Shown here piece by piece: positions 37,979 to 40,861 of a DNA stretch of 40,861 nt. The translations under genes were made by a program, and so were the position numbers. The stretch lies in UHGV virus genome UHGV-0129603; one strand, written 5' to 3'. Source of the DNA: a virus. The notes below the pieces were generated by a model, which saw only the letters and a list, made by a program, of their open reading frames with translations, did no database searches and had not been told where the DNA came from. Numbering within the stretch: the stretch's first letter is position 1; each line of letters starts with the position of its first letter.

Positions 37979-39136
37979 ATGAATATTCAATTTCTTAATA
38001 GAGGCAAAAGTGGTGAGGAAAATAATATAACTCCTAATATATTTATGCAAGAAGCAGAACCAGAGACAAAAGAAGGTATTTGGCTAAAAGCAAACAAACC
38101 AGTCGACAAAATAATATTTGATAAGAACATAGTTGAAGGCGGAAATTGGGACACTATAAATGAATATCCTGATTTACCTATAAATATTAGAGAAGGTGTT
38201 AGTTATTGCAGAGTTGGAGATTATATTTATCTATTTAATAGTGGTTTAAAATATAATATTAAAACTAATACTACTGAATCTATAACTACTATATCGAGTT
38301 ATGCGTCCAGACCAATTACTCCTGTTGCTGTTGGAAACTATATATATTTATTCTGTGATTCTAATATGTACACTGGAGACTATCAAGCTTATAAATATGA
38401 TACTGAAAAAGATACTTATACTTCAATATCAAGTCTTAATATAAGTATACATAATTCTAGTTATAATTCGTTTGCATGTGGAAAATATATTTATATAATA
38501 GGATATCAGTCTCCTATATATAAATACGATACAGAAAAATATACTTATACAACGATAGAAATATCAAATAGTTTTAGTATAGGAAAAGTTTGTGCTGCTG
38601 TTAATGATGATGTTTATATATTTAATAATGATAAAAAAGTATATAAATGGAATACTACTACAAATGAATTTACATCATTAAATGATGCTCCACAATCATT
38701 TAGGCTAGGTGAGAGTTTAGTTATAGGTAATAATATTTATATAACAGGTGGATATGAAAGTAAAACTACTTTATATCAATATAATATTGTTGAAGATACA
38801 TATACTAAATTAAATGATATACCTCGTGATTTCTATAAAGGCATTCTAGCATATGAAGATAATAAATTATATTTTCTAGGTGGAGATAATTATACCAATA
38901 AAGTCAGTGTGTATGTTTTAAATAATAAAGATTATGTTAACAGCTCAGTTGTAGTATGTGGTGGAAATAATAAATACATGACTCAATTATACACAAATCC
39001 TAATATTGAAGGAAGAGTATTGTATGGATTTTATAAAGCTTATTATTATACTACAGAGAATAAACTAGATGGCTCTATTCCATTATATTATGGCGACGGA
39101 GAAAAATGGATAAAAATCTCTGGAAACGAAGAGTAA
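37979..39136 (+). CDS. Kelch-repeat beta-propeller protein, possible receptor-binding protein
   Basis: Repeats VGDYIYLF, VGNYIYLF, IGNNIYITGG, KLYFLGG with YKYDTEKDTYT. Confidence 0.85.
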   Translation: MNIQFLNRGKSGEENNITPNIFMQEAEPETKEGIWLKANKPVDKIIFDKNIVEGGNWDTINEYPDLPINIREGVSYCRVGDYIYLFNSGLKYNIKTNTTESITTISSYASRPITPVAVGNYIYLFCDSNMYTGDYQAYKYDTEKDTYTSISSLNISIHNSSYNSFACGKYIYIIGYQSPIYKYDTEKYTYTTIEISNSFSIGKVCAAVNDDVYIFNNDKKVYKWNTTTNEFTSLNDAPQSFRLGESLVIGNNIYITGGYESKTTLYQYNIVEDTYTKLNDIPRDFYKGILAYEDNKLYFLGGDNYTNKVSVYVLNNKDYVNSSVVVCGGNNKYMTQLYTNPNIEGRVLYGFYKAYYYTTENKLDGSIPLYYGDGEKWIKISGNEE

Positions 39137-39152
39137 TATAAGGAGGAGCACT

Positions 39153-39494
39153 ATGGAAAATATAACAATCGGTCAAATTGCAGGAGCTTTGGGAATACTA
39201 GCAGGTATGCTAGGTTCCCTAGCTGTATTTTATAATATCTTTAAAAAAACAATATCTGATAAAATTGATAAGAATAAAGCAGATATTGCCAGTAACTGCG
39301 AAGAAATAAAAGAATTAAAAGAAGAAGTTAAACGTCTCAAAAGTGAGATTGCAGACAGTAAAGAAGAAAGATTAATTTTACTTAAAGCTCAATTAGCCTG
39401 CCTAAAGGGACTGAAAGAGCAAGGCTGTAATGGCCCTGTAGCTCAAGCTATTGGGGACATAGAAGATTATTTAATGAAAAAATCGCATGATTAG
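39153..39494 (+). CDS. Membrane-anchored coiled-coil lysis-module protein
   Basis: N-terminal TM, coiled-coil, ACLKGLKEQGCNGPV. Confidence 0.75.
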   Translation: MENITIGQIAGALGILAGMLGSLAVFYNIFKKTISDKIDKNKADIASNCEEIKELKEEVKRLKSEIADSKEERLILLKAQLACLKGLKEQGCNGPVAQAIGDIEDYLMKKSHD

Positions 39495-39507
39495 TGAGGT
39501 GTTGAAA

Positions 39508-39708
39508 ATGAAAGAAGTAGGAATATTAGTACTAAAAAATATTGCAAATTTATTTAAAGTAAAAACAATTTTGAGTTTATGTGTTATTATAACAACATGC
39601 ATATTAACGTTTAAAGGTTTAGTAAGTGTAGAAGCATTTATGGCAATAGCTAGTAGTATAATTACATATTATTTTACTAAGAAGGAGGATACCAAAAATG
39701 AGGAATGA
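39508..39708 (+). CDS. Holin
   Basis: Two TM segments ending IITYYF; directly before endolysin. Confidence 0.75.
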   Translation: MKEVGILVLKNIANLFKVKTILSLCVIITTCILTFKGLVSVEAFMAIASSIITYYFTKKEDTKNEE

Positions 39709-40561
39709 GATTGTTAAAAAAGCTACAGAATATGTAGGGTATAGGGAAGGGAAGAACAACGATACTATATTCGGAACATGGTATGGACTTCCTAATCAAC
39801 CATGGTGTGCGATGTTTATTTCATATTGTGCTGATAAAGTCGGTATTTCACAAGATACAATAAAAAGATTTGCAAGTTGTACGACTGGCTTTAATTGGTT
39901 CAAAGAAAAAGGACAAGCCACGAGAGAGCATATAACTCCAAGACCAGGAGATATTATCTTTTTTGTCTGGACTAGAAATGAAACTACTCCAGATCATGTT
40001 GGGTTAGTAGAATATGTAGAGAACAATAAGGTACATACGATTGAAGGCAACAGAAGTGATAAGGTACAACGTTTTGAGTATAACTTAGATAATTGGCAAA
40101 TTTATGGCTATGCGCAACCTGATTATGCAGATAACGACGAAAATGTAGATAAAACGTCTAATGATGTCAAAACTATAAACTGCATATATGATATACAAAA
40201 CTGGCTTAAAACCTATTATGGCTTTAATTTGGCATTAGATAATATCTATGGAACAGATACTCATAAGAAGCTAGTTATGGCATTGCAAACAGAATTAAAT
40301 GTTCAATACAATAAAGGCTTATCTATTGACGGAATATTCGGAAATAACACATATAATGCATGTGTAAATGTAAGACAAGGTGCAAAAGGTAATATAACGA
40401 AACTAATTCAATGTATACTTTACATAAAAAGTTATTTGCTAGAAATAGATGGAATATTTGGAGTAGATACAGCTAAAAAGGTTGGTCAATTTCAAAATGA
40501 TAATAACTTAACAAGCGATTGTATAGTCGGGAAAAACACATTCAATAGGTTATTTAAATAA
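39698..40561 (+). CDS. Endolysin: CHAP domain plus peptidoglycan-binding repeats
   Basis: PWCAMFISYC, DHVGLV, TIEGN; repeated DGIFG..T motifs. Confidence 0.93.
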   Translation: MRNEIVKKATEYVGYREGKNNDTIFGTWYGLPNQPWCAMFISYCADKVGISQDTIKRFASCTTGFNWFKEKGQATREHITPRPGDIIFFVWTRNETTPDHVGLVEYVENNKVHTIEGNRSDKVQRFEYNLDNWQIYGYAQPDYADNDENVDKTSNDVKTINCIYDIQNWLKTYYGFNLALDNIYGTDTHKKLVMALQTELNVQYNKGLSIDGIFGNNTYNACVNVRQGAKGNITKLIQCILYIKSYLLEIDGIFGVDTAKKVGQFQNDNNLTSDCIVGKNTFNRLFK

Positions 40562-40565
40562 ATTC

Positions 40566-40592
40566 GGTAGGAGCAATCCTACCTCTTTTTTT
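40566..40592 (+). terminator. Intrinsic terminator ending the late operon
   Basis: GGTAGGA-GCAA-TCCTACC plus T-run. Confidence 0.85.
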
Positions 40593-40778
40593 ATGTCATT
40601 TTCGCTATAGCAAAAGAAGTCGCGAACATTAGACAACAAAACTATATCCTAAAATAATTAAAATGCCTTAAAACTCATTCTCATACGCCAATTTTTGAGC
40701 TATTTTTAGCCATTTTACAATTTTTGACAGACTTTGCAAGGAAAAACTGTTATTATAGAAAAAAGGAGGTACAAGCTT

Positions 40779-40861
40779 ATGAAAGAAGATTTGGAAAAGC
40801 TTGAACTAATGATAAAAAATGATAGCCGATATGAAGATATAATAGAGCAGAGCATGCAGAT
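40779..40861 (+). CDS. Partial ORF, possibly Spo0E-like
   Basis: RBS AAGGAGGT; MKEDLEKLELMIKNDSRYEDIIEQSMQ, truncated by window edge. Confidence 0.45.
   Translation, partial: MKEDLEKLELMIKNDSRYEDIIEQSMQ

Noticed and set aside
1..40861. attL/attR prophage boundaries
   Set aside because: No convincing direct repeat pair found by eye; the ends may lie outside the window.

Overview
AT-rich, near-complete temperate phage or prophage of a Clostridia-type Firmicute host, with podovirus-like morphology (P22-like portal, adaptor and nozzle, ejection proteins, no tape measure). Gene order: two leftward membrane genes, XRE regulator, XerC/D-like recombinase, early regulators, Sak3/YqaJ/SSB recombination module, replication initiator with iterons, RusA, YopX, adenine methylase, small accessory ORFs, RinA-like activator, late promoter, atypical tRNA-Met, TerS/TerL, portal, scaffold, capsid, tail genes, a 3190-aa polyvalent protein, kelch protein, holins and CHAP endolysin. 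Two unusual signals stand out. (1) In my manual scan the only three in-frame CGG codons in the phage genes each coincide with a +1 frame break (replication initiator, TerS, tail fibre), suggesting CGG acts as a +1 frameshift signal. (2) The giant gene hides transcription units: two antisense promoters driving related structured small RNAs just after each PBECR-type nuclease domain, and a nested out-of-frame gene with its own promoter, RBS and terminator. These are candidate built-in immunity modules. Family names come from motif recognition, not database searches.
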